Source: Phoronis australis (lineage: Eukaryota; Animalia; Phoronida). Taken from it: 64,000 bases of DNA. The stretch lies in contig NMRA01000118.1 of NCBI GenBank assembly GCA_002633005.1, positions 105,835-169,834 on the forward strand, read 5' to 3'. The notes below the pieces were generated by a model, which was not told the DNA's origin, did no database searches, and worked only from the letters and a program-made list of their open reading frames with translations. The position numbers and the translations under genes were made by a program. Within the stretch, counting starts at the first letter, position 1, and each line of letters starts with the position of its first letter. Of this stretch, positions 50,110-62,911 are shown in pieces.

Positions 50110-53100
50110 TAGTCCAGTCATTCTAAGGCTCCAGAGGGCCCAACCTGTAAAAATTGCAAAAGAAGGATTTTTTTGCATAAACGCATCTTCAAATATCCCT
50201 TGGTGTCAGAAAAAAGTCTACCGAAATCGGAGTGGCGGAAGTCGGTTTTTCAAGATGGGGGAAAATGGCCGGCAAAACCGGTGTTTACTGGTTCCTGGTA
50301 TGTTACCCTTATGTAACAGCTGGAAATAAAACAATGAAGCTGATCATTGATTATATACTTTTCATAACAGGCATACAAATCAAAAGATGCCAATTTTTCG
50401 TAAAATAAAACCGATATGGCCGACAAAATGGAGGCCGAAACGACAATTTGGTAAATGTTACAAAATTTCTTTTTCATATTTGGCCCTAGAATTGGCAAAC
50501 TTTCTATGCTTTTGTAAGTTAGATAATTGAAAATATCTGGACCTTACAGTTGGTCGCTGGTTGTAGAGAAAAAAATCAGGATGGCTTACAAAATGGCCGC
50601 CAACTGACAAAACCCCAATTTACCCCATATGAGTTCTGCAAACTTTGCTTATAACCTGACAGGCGTTTGCACAAAAACATTTTACAATCTACAGTCAGGC
50701 TTAATGAGTAATTTGTTTTAAGATTTAGATACTAAATGCGGAATTCTAATCACATTCTAAATTATTTAACTTAAAAGTTGGTGTGTTTTTCAAAAAAAGG
50801 CTTTAGTTACATTTTCTGTAAAATAATGAGGTATCAAAAATAATATTTGTTAGAAAAATATTTGTAATTCTGGTGGAATTATTGGCTTAGTCATTATACC
50901 AACCCTGAGTCACATTGGACAGGAAGTGTTCGTGTTAAGCTTTGTATTAGCCGCCAGGCGTCTCTGGTGTTTCACCTCTCCCCAATGGCTGGAGGAGCGT
51001 TCCAGAGCGTCCATGTTGGTGAACTCTTCACGTTTATTGTGCTGGCGAATATAATCACTTGTTAGGGACTTTTGCGTTGTCTTTGAGCGAATTAACAGGA
51101 AGTGGCTTTGCTCTCTGCTATTGGAGATATTATTAGTTGTTCCCAAAAAAAGATTTCGTCTGCTGGTGACATGAGTGGAAAATTTAGCAGCTGATTTCAC
51201 CTGAATTTGATGAAAGTAAACAAATTTGTGTAACAAAAAGTTCTCAGTTAAATGTTAAACATTAAGTACTCACAATTGGTTTAATATGCCTGCTTTTTAT
51301 GAACATAGGTAACTGATTTTAGAGGAAATTATTGCCAGCAAAAGAAACGGCAGTGATCTGCAGTCACTTGTTCTTAGCCGGGCTTGGCGGATTTCATACT
51401 GAGATGAGTTTTCTGGTATGCACTGGGCTTCAAGAAGTTCTTGAGATAGTCTATGCACCAAACAGTCTGATCCATAGGTTAAATGCAAAAGGTGTAGATA
51501 GAGCAGTCAGGGGGCATATGTTGGTAGACTCAGCACTGAATGGTATCATAACAGCCAGAGCATTCAACATCATCCCACTTCCAAATAGTGACAGATCAAG
51601 TAACACCAATCCAGAACCAACGACTTCAGAATTTGGAGAAAGAAGTTCCGCTTCTTCAGAAATTCCAGGAGTCCTGAATGTCACCAAACAGAACACAGAT
51701 TCCGTGCCAAGAGATAGAGCAATTCAATGCTTGTACACAAACGTTGGCTCGTCAGAATATAAGGACACAGATTTTTCAGAAATCACAATTGATCATATAA
51801 CTACAGATGTATACACTGCGACATGCAATGTACAGGCAGTGTCTTCCGATTCTGAACCTTGGATTACTGTGCAATACCCCTCACGAGAGTTTACTTCTAG
51901 CTTCCGAAATACTGCCACTGGTATATTCAAAACACGACTGAATCAGATTATCGTATAGGTCTTCAGAATTCGCAGTGACAGAGAATGGTTCGCCAGAAGA
52001 ATCAGTGGCCACTTATATGCTTGATGATGGTCTGAAAGCTGGTCTGAAATTGTATGATGATCTTATTACTGGCATGACGTCTGTGTGCGGCGATGTATGC
52101 TCTTCGGAGCGTCTTGTAGGAATCCATAAAAATCGAAACACATAACTCAGACTTGTCCTTGCAAAGTCAAACCAGCAGTCTTTGGCTACAGTATATAGAG
52201 ATGGTTGACATCTTTCAACGTTTTCTAAAACCAGAAATAACGTCAGATTGGGAACTTCACCTAAAAGCAGTTTCTGAAATGCTGCCTTACTTTGGAGCTG
52301 CTGGTCTCTACTCGCATGCAAAATCTGCATACATATACACTATACTTGCAGCAGCTCAAAGACACCCATCCAGACGTCTGCAGCACATTTGTCAACGGTC
52401 ATCATGCCATAAGACGAAGTGGCAGATTCTGGACAGGCTTGTCAACTGGCCTTGCAATTGAACAAACACTCATGAAAACCATTAAATCAACAGGAGGTTT
52501 AACTAGAGGTTGCGGAATGGGAGATAAGCAGCGTGCACAGTTGCTGCATGCTCAAATATAAAAGGTGCCATGCAGAGTGACAAACTTGAGTTGAGAAACA
52601 ATTGAGCGACATTACAGAACATCGCCACTGGTGTGACTACAGGTACATGCGTCAATGACGAAAATGCCAGAGAAGTGTGGAAGGCGATCCTCTTGTCTAT
52701 GTAGGGGTCGAGTGTGAAAGACTTCACATTCATAAAGACAAGGTTATGTCAATGTCTAGTCCATGAGTTCATATTGCCAATACTGAATTTACAAAATTGG
52801 ATCCTCAACTGCTACGTCAGCGATTACTGACAGCTGCAAAACACAACAGTGAAAGTTTCTTATACCTTTTGAAGATTGAGCTGTGCGTTGGTTCCCCCGC
52901 TCTTTTTTGATATATTTGGTGTTCGCAGAGTAGCTAATTAATCAATATTAGCAGATGCACTCTGGTCCAGTGGGGGACTACCTGAGGATTACCAATTTCC
53001 AGAAAACATGGTGATGCATGTAGTCGACCGTATCGTATTCCATGGCCTAAAGGTGCATCGTTTCAGTCAGTTGGTAGAACTTATGTGGATTGCGTCAGCA

Positions 53101-53590
53101 AGTACAACCAGCTTACTGTTTTTGATGGTTATGGAGGTGGGGTGGTTCACTTCAACTTTGACATGGTATAAAGTCAAAGAAGGAGCATTTTTGGAAAACA
53201 GCAAAAATACTTGTTGTCAAGTTTTCTACGAAATGCTGGTTGCCCAGATGTACAAGCTCAAGGTGGCACAGATGTTTTAATATTATAGAAGCAGCAATAG
53301 AGAACGCAGCACAAGGTCCTACTACCCTCAATGCACACGATACAGACTTGTTGGTTCTTTTGTGTTACTTCACAACAATTTCCAATGTTCTTGAAATCTG
53401 ACAAGAGGCACGAAAGCATCAAGAAACCACAGTTGTTTCTTGGTGCCGAAACGTGTGCGCTTTTGCAATTTGCTCGTGCAATAGGTGGTTGCGATACAAC
53501 ATCACTGCTGTTCGGTATTGCCAAGGCTCTCCCATTTAAGAGACTGCGTGATCGAGAATTCTGTGAAAACGTTGGTGTCAGAATATAGAC
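50110..53590 (+). mobile_element. Degenerate Academ (AcademX-like) DNA transposon: left terminus, transposase and XPG-like nuclease relics
   Basis: Starts TAGTCCAGTC with aaaatggcc-rich subterminal DNA. Frame fragments: LGGFHTEMSFL, RAVRGHMLVDSAL, LWLQYIEMV...WELHLKAV..MLPYF, HAIRRSGRFWTGLS..LAIEQTLMK..K..GGLTRG, and H3TH-like GGCDTTSLLFGIAK. Right TIR not found. Confidence 0.72.
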
Positions 53591-53642
53591 TGACAGTATT
53601 TTTAGTTGTATTGTTTTATTTCGTTTTGTTATTCTGTTTGAT

Positions 53643-54311
53643 TGACATGACCCCTGAGTTAAGTACAATGATGATGTAATTTTTTTAAAACAGAATAGTA
53701 TGGAACTTTCTAGTAGACTGAGTTCAGAACAGTGATGATGTAATTTGTTTACTACAGTATAGTGTGGAACTTTATAGAAGATTCTAGCACGACAGTGATT
53801 AATGCCGTCTGGAATATTCTAGAGACTAGTATATGTTTGTAGAATGATTGGGTAGATTCAGGAAAGTTCTAGAATGTGCTTGAAATGATGAAAAGTTTCA
53901 GAACAATGCAACAGGCTATAAATACACAACCACGGGTTTGTGTTAGTGAGATCAAGTCAGTTCAAGAAAGTTAATAAGGAGAATTACAGTTGAGTTGTAG
54001 TGAAGAGAATCACCAGTTACAGCGATAGTCAATAGAGAGCCAGCTATAGAGACAGCAGGTTATTGAATCGACGAGTGTAACAGTTGCTGAACGTTTCTCA
54101 GAAGTTTATCACAAGTCAAGGCTTCGCAGCACTGGCTGGAACATAAAACAGACATTAAGTCGGACGTTTTGTTTGAGTAGGCTTGTGAACGTACGGTCGG
54201 GATTAATAAAGGATTAACTCGAACCAGTCTTCAGTCTATCGTCGCACCGAAATCTATTAGCACCGGTCTGTAACAACCTGCGCCCACCCACACACGTGGA
54301 AAAACGTGACA
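53643..54311 (+). repeat. 5' LTR of a Gypsy-type element
   Basis: TGACATGA...CGTGACA termini, TATAAATA at 53917, AATAAA at 54205, immediately followed by a PBS. Confidence 0.8.
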
Positions 54312-54313
54312 AT

Positions 54314-54331
54314 TGGCTAGCACGCCAGGAG
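54314..54331 (+). promoter_or_regulatory. Primer-binding site, probably tRNA-Arg(ACG)
   Basis: TGGCTAGCACGCCAGGAG vs TGGCGAGCCAGCCAGGAG expected from the vertebrate tRNA-Arg(ACG) 3' end. Confidence 0.65.
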
Positions 54332-54386
54332 CTTACTGACGGTAACAAGGTGTGATAAAGTAGACTTTTGGAATTAGCAACTCACT

Positions 54387-55917
54387 ATGGAGACACGATC
54401 TCAATTAAGGGAGTTAATAATGACCCTCAGACAAGAAATGGGTCTGCAGTGGAAGCAACTCCAAAAGTCAGCAGCAGTCAGCCACCGAGGTTATCAGAGT
54501 AAGGATTCGGTGAAGCATGCTAACCCTGAACGCGCCTTCAAAGGAATGCTGCGTCTGAAGGAGGGGTTTGTTGGCACGAAGAAGGTCTCGGTGTTGAGAG
54601 ACATAGGCTGCACAACCATTGTGGTTCGATCTAGTCTAGTCGAACCAGGAGATATAACCTGCCGGAAATGGTCATGCGAATTGGCAGACTCTACCAATAG
54701 ATGGTTTCCTGTCGCCAAGATCAACATCAAGACACCGTATTACACAGGAGAAGTGTTTGCGATGAGCATAGAGCGTCCAGTGGCCGATTTGATTATCGGG
54801 GACGTACCTGGCGCCTTGGACTCGGGGGATGTTGAGCGACAGCAGACGGCAACTACTGTCAACGAGGACAATTCAGGCAATAGCCTTGTGGAGGGCCCGA
54901 AAGACGACTCTCAGAAGGGTACTACTTCCCAAGAGGAAAACCCAGTGACCTCAAATCTAGTGGGAGAAGAGGTGACCGACACGTCAGTAGGAACAGATCC
55001 TGATGAATCCAGCAGGGAAACAGTAGCAGTGACTACCAGGGCTCAAGCAGAGCGTCAAAAATCGGACATTAAACCGTTAGCTGTGTCCCCGACCATACAA
55101 GAGGTGGGACTAAACCAGTTCAAGGAAGCCCAGCATGAAGATTCATCAATGAAAAAGTTATGGGAGCAAGCTGAAGCCAAAGTTCAGCGACAGACCAAAG
55201 GCAAGGGGTCATACATGATGAAGGTTCAGTGGGGAATACTCTATCGGATGTTCAAAAAGAAAGACGGTGACGAGGTGAAAAAAAGTTGTCGTGCCGAGCA
55301 GTTTACGGAAGTCCGTGATGAGGCTTGCTCATGAGTCTATACTCGGTGGACACCTCGGTGTTAGGAAGACAACTGACCGTATCACCAGCAATTTCTATTG
55401 GCCAGGAGTGGCATCAGAAGTGACCCGATTCTGCAGATCATGCGACATCTGCCAGAAGACAATCCCGAAAGGTCGAGTGACCAAGGTACCACTAGGAGTG
55501 ATGCCTTTGATGGAGGAGCCTTTCAAAAGGGTCGCGATTGATCTGATTGGCCCTATAGCTCCAGTTTCCGACAAAGGAAACAGATACATTCTCACGGTGG
55601 TAGATTTCGCTACCAGGTACCCAGAAGCAGTGGCGCTACCGAAGATTGAAACAGAGCGTGTGGATGAAGCATTATTAAAAGTCTTCAATAGAGTAGGGTT
55701 CCCACGAGAGATCCTGAGTGATCGTGGAACGCAGTTCACAGCGGAACTGATGAAGGAGGTCAGCAGGCTTGTGAGTGCACAACAGCTGTACACGACCCCT
55801 TACAATCCACGCTGTTACGGGCTCTGTGAAAGGGCCAACGGTGTTCTAAAGGCCATGCTGAAGAAGATGTGTCAAGAAAGACCAAAGGACTGGGACCGGT
55901 GCCTGCCAGCTGTGCTA
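54387..55917 (+). mobile_element. Gmr1-like Gypsy retrotransposon pol fragment: protease, integrase zinc finger and integrase core (gag mostly deleted; RT and 3' LTR missing)
   Basis: VLRDIGCTTIVV (aspartic protease, DTG->DIG), AVTTRAQ, HESILGGHLGVRKT...FYWPG...CRSCDICQK, PFKRVAIDLIGP...SDRGTQF...GLCERAN; frameshift in the A7 run at 55278-55284. Confidence 0.9.
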
Positions 55918-58900
55918 CGTCTTGCGATTTCGGGTGTTGGTTTTTATGTGAGTCACTCTCAAGTATCATAAAATTCCGGCGTCAAAACTTGAAACCAACA
56001 TCGTACAACGAAATTAACCCATTTGCAAAAGGAGTTCACTCATTAATCCAATTACAAGTGACTTTTTAATAACTCGCCTGTACTTCACATTTTTGCAAGA
56101 TGTCTCTTTGTTCGAGCGGCTGTAACGCAAAAAATCTGTGATAAGCGAAGACTAAAATACGGAATTCAACGATGAATTAAAACTGAGTTGCCGAGCTTGA
56201 ACACTTACAGAGGCCATGAATCCGCGTTCCGTCCTATAAACAAACATTTATTCAGATCAATAACCGCTAGTTGGTCTCAACATGTTTTTACTCAGATGAG
56301 AAGTGAGTTATAGGCTTCCACAGAACTGATGGTTTGCCATTTCTTGAGACCATGTTCGGCGCTTAAAATGAGATGCCAAGGAGCACGGTCTCACGCAATA
56401 ACGAACTGTTTTTTCCGAGACCTGAAATGACCTATAACTTGACTATGAAAAGATTTGAGACCAACTTCATAATGACAAGTTGTTTAAACAAGATGTTGTT
56501 TTTTGTGACGAAAGGAGGGATTAAAGCCACCTTATTTTTGTATTAGTGTTACAATGCGATCGTTCCTTTACCTTTAAAGCCACTAGATAAGCCAGCAGCA
56601 GACTATGAGCCTTACCTTTAAAGCCACCAGATAAGCCAACAGCATGGTTTTCCTATGTTCATTAGTTTTGCTACTTGCAGTTCTTGAGAAGAAGTTAATT
56701 GGAACGCTGTTGAGCTTACACCGAATACTGTAAGAAAGCAAAAACTTGTTAGTATGTCATGATACACTGTCACTCAGAAGGCATAATTTGTGTACACGGA
56801 ACACTACGGCATTATCCTACGTGACAAGGCGGTGACATAAAAGTATAACCAGCATACAATTTATTAATTTTTTATTAGATCATCTTACCATTTTGCGATT
56901 ATCGATCACCAAATAATGCCCCATCTTAGCCAGAAGTGGGATCCAAATCCAAATTGGCCAAAAATTATGCAACAATGTTACAACCAGTGTGGTTAAAATG
57001 TGTATTATTTCACAAAATGTACATTAACACTTGTACATTTGTAACCATTCTCAAGAGAGAAGACTGTATGCCAACGCATTCTATGTCAGCGATGTATGTC
57101 ATATACTATGTGTACTGGGTTCAGTGAATGTTAGTCTTTTTTATACTTCCATTCGTAGGAAACGGGTATGGGGTGGAGTAGGGGTGAAGTTCGCACCACA
57201 TCGACAGCAGGTGTGGGATTTCAGCACCCAAAAATATGCCCTACTAAAAGATCTGTATTCCATATACGCTTATGATTAGGTTCATATTCCATAAGCGTTG
57301 TGCATGGGTCATGCCAGAAGGCAAAAATTTAAATAAACGAGTAAATTCTTTGTTGCGTACGCTGGTATATACAGAGCGAATCATAAATCCCTTACCGACA
57401 TAGTGCAGTCTCAGATTGATAAAGGAGTTTGCTTCTATTATTCACTTCTCTAAATTTCAATAGAAAACATATGTGGAGTTCATAGACTCGTTATTTTAAA
57501 CAGCACCGCATATGCACGAATTTAGGCACATGCGCCTGTATAGACTTTTGCTCAAACGTTTCATAGATAAGTGCATGTGTCGAAGGCTCACTTTACAAAA
57601 GCACGTGGAGAACGCTTGACTGTACGTGTGCAGCTTAAAAACTGAGTGTGTGCGCTTTCACATTCTCAGTTCTTTTCCTTTAAAATTAAATCGCCAGGTG
57701 TTGTATATTGTTTATAGTATGCTCCTGCCATCTCGTGGCCGCGTCCTTCTTCTGATTTATGAAAGTAAACGTTCAATACCGACTTTTGTGGTTTATTTGG
57801 CGTATCGTATTAGCTGTGGCGTGGTGGCAACAACGATTGGTATCCTTAGAGACGTTCTATGTAGTCATCCTCAAGAAACTCACACAACTTACGCAAGTCA
57901 CTCGGTAAAGTTCGTTTACTGTGATAAAATAAAGAGGATGTTAACTTCATCATGGCTTGTATTACGACCTTTACCTTAACCACTACAGCGACACCTTTGA
58001 GTCCAAACAGATACGGGTGTGTACTTGTGCCATAACAGAACCGAAATAATGGTACCTGTCTAAAACTCAAAGCGTTAAGTAATATGACGATTGGAATCAA
58101 AATTTGCTAAGTTTGCAAACGTTTTACATGACAGCGTCAAATGGGAAAAGAAACGATCCACTTCTCCACTCTGCGATTACACTAATTACCTAAACCCGCG
58201 GGTCACCCGTCCAGGCATGCCACCGGACAGCGCAACAGAAAGCCAGCATGCTCGAGCTCAGTCTGGCCATTCAGTTGGTAAGCCAACACTACCGCATAAT
58301 CTTGCTTAAGTACGGACGAAAAAGCATTTCATCAAATGCAACGCCAAGCTACCATATATGCTTTTGGTAACTAATCACGCTTCCCTGTCTCGTAAATTGC
58401 CCCTTTGATAGGACTTCGCGAGATTACGTGAGATGTTGCCGTGTATTCTAAATGAGAACGCGTGACTTTGGCTAGATTTTAGCGAGGCCTTAGTTTTACT
58501 AAACTCTACCCTCTTGAAGCGACAGGTAAAAACTGATTGTGCAGAATGCCCTTGTATCAAAATGGCTACCAAGTATAATTGATCGTTGTTTTTCTGTTCT
58601 TTTTACAGGTACAGGTTACCACAAAAATCACGATTACAAATGCCTTTTTGTAAATAACTGTTTTCGATACTCGATTACTGGTTGAAAACTTCTTCTTCAT
58701 ATCTGGAAAATAGGGAGCAAATAATTTTATTGGGCGAAGGTGGTGCCTACGAACCCTAATTCTCCATGAACCCCTGCTAGTAGTCATTGGCGTCACCGAT
58801 GCGCATCAAGACACTGGGAAATCGGTGCACTTTTGAGTCACCGCCACGGTGATAGGTTAATTAAAATCTGTATGGTATGCCCTTACCCCCCGCAGCAATC

Positions 58901-59085
58901 AAATAGCTTAATTGCTATCTCCGCCGGGACGGGAGAGGTGCATCGACGCTGAAGGTCAGTCAGGCCACAGGGTCACCTACTGCCTATCACGCTTGTGAGA
59001 CCGGCACGTCCGTGCCACGGTAGGTGATTGTACCGGCGTTTTTTACTTGGTTTCTACCCCGACGGCAACTTCGGGATGCCATAAA

Positions 59086-59153
59086 CATGGGCGGCGCACC
59101 ATAGGGGCTGGGGGCTATAGCCCCCCACTTTTTTCAGTGCTGCACTGCCCATG
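59086..59153. mobile_element. 68-bp hAT-like MITE
   Basis: TIR catgggc/gcccatg; internal ggggctatagcccc palindrome; same family as 8423 and 35195. Confidence 0.7.
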
Positions 59154-62100
59154 GACTATGGGCGGTGAACCACGTCGGGGGCTATAAAAACGGACATTCA
59201 ACGAAAAATAAAATGTGATCAACAAAAAATTGGATGACAATAACAGATAATACTTAAAAGCATTGACAACAGCACATCACTCGGGCAACTTTCCATGTCT
59301 AGTGTAAACCCGGCGAAAGCTGATTGATTCCCTAACACTATCTGGTACCCGTGCGAAATTTATAATTAGAATACCCCAGTCTCGCCATTTAGCCAATGAA
59401 ATGCTTTCTACGCAAACACCAGACTTTATGAAACAGGATGTACAGTACACTAGGCTGCCACTCTTATAGGCACCAATCAAGTATTCTTTCTTTGAAGGCA
59501 ATGATAGAACATTTGTGAAATCACACAATATTCCAAAGCTATTATACCTATGTAATAGTTTTTCACTGATTATACAGCACAATCATCAGCAATCCATAAA
59601 TTGTCTGATTACTACACATGATAGAAATAACACAAATTTGTATTTTTAAACTAAATTAGTCCTTGAAATTGAAACGCCTTCGACATCTAAGGAAACAATT
59701 CGGCAGTCATCGCTAATTCTTGCGTGACTCTGATCTTTGCCAAAACTTTGACATCCAGTGAAGCTTTTAAAAATCGGATATAAGCGGAGTTAGGCGAACT
59801 CTCGACTTATCTTAGGGATGCATGCACAAAGTAAAGCAACTGTACCGCGCAACTTTCTCCGTGTTAAGCGGGAATCTGATCTGTGTATGCAACATTTTAC
59901 ACCTGGCACAATATCGCTCAGCCTGATTTTTCGTAACAGAAGCAGTGAACACAAAGCAAATGACAAAGGAAGTATTTATAATAACGGTTCTCCCAAGTAA
60001 ACATAAGCTAAAGGGAAAATCAAAAAACCTGCAACACAATTAGTGGCTCAAAATCCCCTAGGTGACGCTATTAAAAAAGCGTAAAAGTTACTTTTAGGAA
60101 AATGTACTGCTTTCCGGTTGTCGCCAGAGACCCTTAGCCCACAAATGCTTTATTCCTGATGACCTAAACTACGTCGATGCAAAGAATGACTCAGCGCCGC
60201 ATATATACATGTACAAGTGCGTGTATGCTCAAGCAACAATAGCCATCAGCCACACACACGAGTCCCCTCAGGGTACTTTTCCGGATATCTGTACGTCATG
60301 GGTTCCATCGCATTCTCATCAATGCAGAGTTGTCGTGTACCTGTCATGAAACGCAGTCAATCTCTGCCTCCAAGCCCGTGGTTTAATTTCTATTTTCTAC
60401 TAGGTGCATCATTGTCATTATCACACACTCAATATAGTCAAATTCAAAATCGAAAAATTGAAAACAGTTCACGAATTGTTATGGCTATAGTGTGAAAAGA
60501 TACCGGATTAACCCGGTTTTGCGCCCAGGGTGTTTAAAACGGAAAGAAAAATACCAGGAGTGGGCGTTAGTCGAGCAAGGAGACTTAAAAGTGTATGTTT
60601 TAAAAGTCGAAGGACATAAACGCTAACTGCTAACAACTAGGGAGTTGCATTTAAATGTAACTCACTTCACAAGCAACTTTTAATACTAAAATAGGCAAAA
60701 AGACAACTACAATGTTTGGGGTTTACAAGTAAGCGAGTTGTTTGCCTTTTGGGTTTCTGAAATGGACATCTGCAAAACTGGTAAGTCTAAATTATACAAA
60801 TTGATGATGAGAATAGCATACCCGTTTATTGCAAATTAGGAAAACCAGGAGTAGTCTCAAGTCGACCATGGTATTTAACCCAGATAACTACGGTAAATGC
60901 TTGTAGATCGCAGCTTGCACACAGTTCCCATTAGCCAATTGAAAAACAGTGTAATCATTCGTGATTGCACGTCGCTTTTCACTTCATATTTTGTTATAAA
61001 ATCTTCATTCAGCCTGGTTTTGTGGAACTCCACAAGGCAGAAAATGTAAGAAATGCAAACACATCAATGTCACTACCAACAAGAACGTAGCTGATTACCA
61101 CATGCTGTAGTTACTCTCTTGGGCTTGTACAACAAGCAGTGGTTTGAAATAAACATCAGTACATGTCAATAACTTCTTACACCCAACACTCTGACAACAA
61201 ATAGTTTCGTTTCAAAGCTGCTGTTCATTCTTATGAAGCCGAAGTGCGTACTGATAACCCCGGTAGTAAGACGGTAGCGGTGTAGTGACTGACTGCCCAG
61301 GTTGAGACGATGGTGGCTACGTGAAGGACGCCAGTGATACGGCAGACAATACTGGTTGACTTGAATAAGGTGATGAGGTTAAGAAGACGAAACCCCTGCT
61401 GTTGCTGTAGCAGAAGCCTGTCTCGATCTGGTCAAATCTGTTGTCTTTCGCTGAATATGGAATGAAAAAACGAACGTTGCAAATGACGCTTCTTTCAATA
61501 CTTCTAACACTCCTTACAAGTTCTTTCAAAGTATAATTGTCGAGTTAACTTAATTGGCTGCAACAACAACATATTTTCCAGATCACACAGATGGTACCTG
61601 GGGCATTAAAACAGAAAATACTGAATATGAGTTGTTGAGAGACAAAAAATAGCAGCTGAAGTGTGGAAATATGTGCAATTTAACCAAATAAATTAATGCA
61701 TTAACCACAGAGGCAGGTGACCATCATGTATATTAATTTTCTGTTTGTGGCAATTACCACTGAAAAGGCAGAACACTTCTGTCTTGGCACCAGAGACCAT
61801 AGAACTGGACACAGTGCAAAAAAATGTGAGTAGCGGCAGAAACATAGATTATTTGAAAATCCAATTTGTAAATATAATAAAACAAGACCATAAACTTAAC
61901 AATAACAAAAAGAAGGTTGGAAAGAGAAAATTAATGGCCAATAGTATGAAGACAATATAGATGTAAACAAGAAGAGTAGACAGGGGCGAACAAAAGACCA
62001 GGTGTGATGCTCACCGAGAGGATCACTCCATGGAAGAGGTATATAGGACGTGTTCGGCACAGAATGGTGAGGCTTTCGTGACCAATTTTCTGTACGGAAG

Positions 62101-62743
62101 GATGATTTTCTGAAAAAATCCTTATGAAAGGGCACCACAAAATATGAAACAACCATGGCAAAATGTAACCAAAGTTTTCAGAAAATTTTAGATACAAAAT
62201 AATGAAGAAAAGTTTTTAAGTTCTGTCGCAGAAAAAATTTTGTTTCACATTCAGACCCCCCTCCCACCTAGGACATGACCGAATAAAAATACGACGCTGG
62301 TACGCACATAATTCTGTCCTTCACATCTCTATAGGTATACCCGCGACATTACACTTCGACCAGTCAGCGGTGTTACAACATGAAAGAGGAAGACGACCTT
62401 GTATTCAAATATATAGTTTCCTAGATTCAACTAATCTGATTTCACCAATATCACAAAAATAAAATGATGTCACGTCAATAATTCAACGTTACCTTGCAAA
62501 TAGGAACCACATGCTTACGTCCACAATGATCGCAATCACAGGGATAAGCAGCACGACAGAGCGCCTAGTTCGAATTTGAAGGCAATTACTTCATTTCCGG
62601 CTAATAAAACTAGGAAATAGAATTCGTACAGCGGAAATATTTGATGACATCAAGATTGCTTACCATTTTATAAGTCCGGCGCTCAGTTGAACCACTGAAG
62701 CATGTTTTCTCGCAATGCTTCGAACATTTTCGGCTTCGGCAGG

Positions 62744-62911
62744 CTAAGGATTGATCCACGGACAGGTGACATCTCTCACACACGAGTTTGGCACAAATTT
62801 GCTCCATTTGGTGGCCAAATCTTGATTTTTCGAGAGCGGGTATAGTTTTACTCCATCCCTGTGAGACTTTGAACACTTGGCGCATCGTATTGCTACACAC
62901 TTGTTCAACAT
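62744..62911 (-). pseudogene. Truncated THAP-domain ORF (probable transposon relic)
   Basis: MLNKCVAIRCAKCSKSHRDGVKLYPLSKNQDLATKWSKFV... has the THAP N-terminal C..C, hydrophobic-P and W pattern but lacks the CxxH and AVPTIF parts. Confidence 0.5.

Noticed and set aside
50250-50498. Minus-strand ORF resembling a signal anchor for the glycosyltransferase
   Set aside because: Lies inside the subterminal region of the Academ-like element (aaaatggcc repeats); no clear splice link
55278-55284. Programmed ribosomal frameshift at the A7 run
   Set aside because: Falls inside the integrase N-terminal region rather than at a gag-pol junction; a homopolymer indel is more likely
57810-58730. Plus-strand exon-like segments with good splice sites (donor near 58278, acceptor near 58608)
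   Set aside because: The frames I translated contain multiple stops and no recognisable domain
60155-60185. Hammerhead ribozyme (CTGATGA core)
   Set aside because: Stem II is followed by GAT rather than GAAA, and no stems I/III are evident
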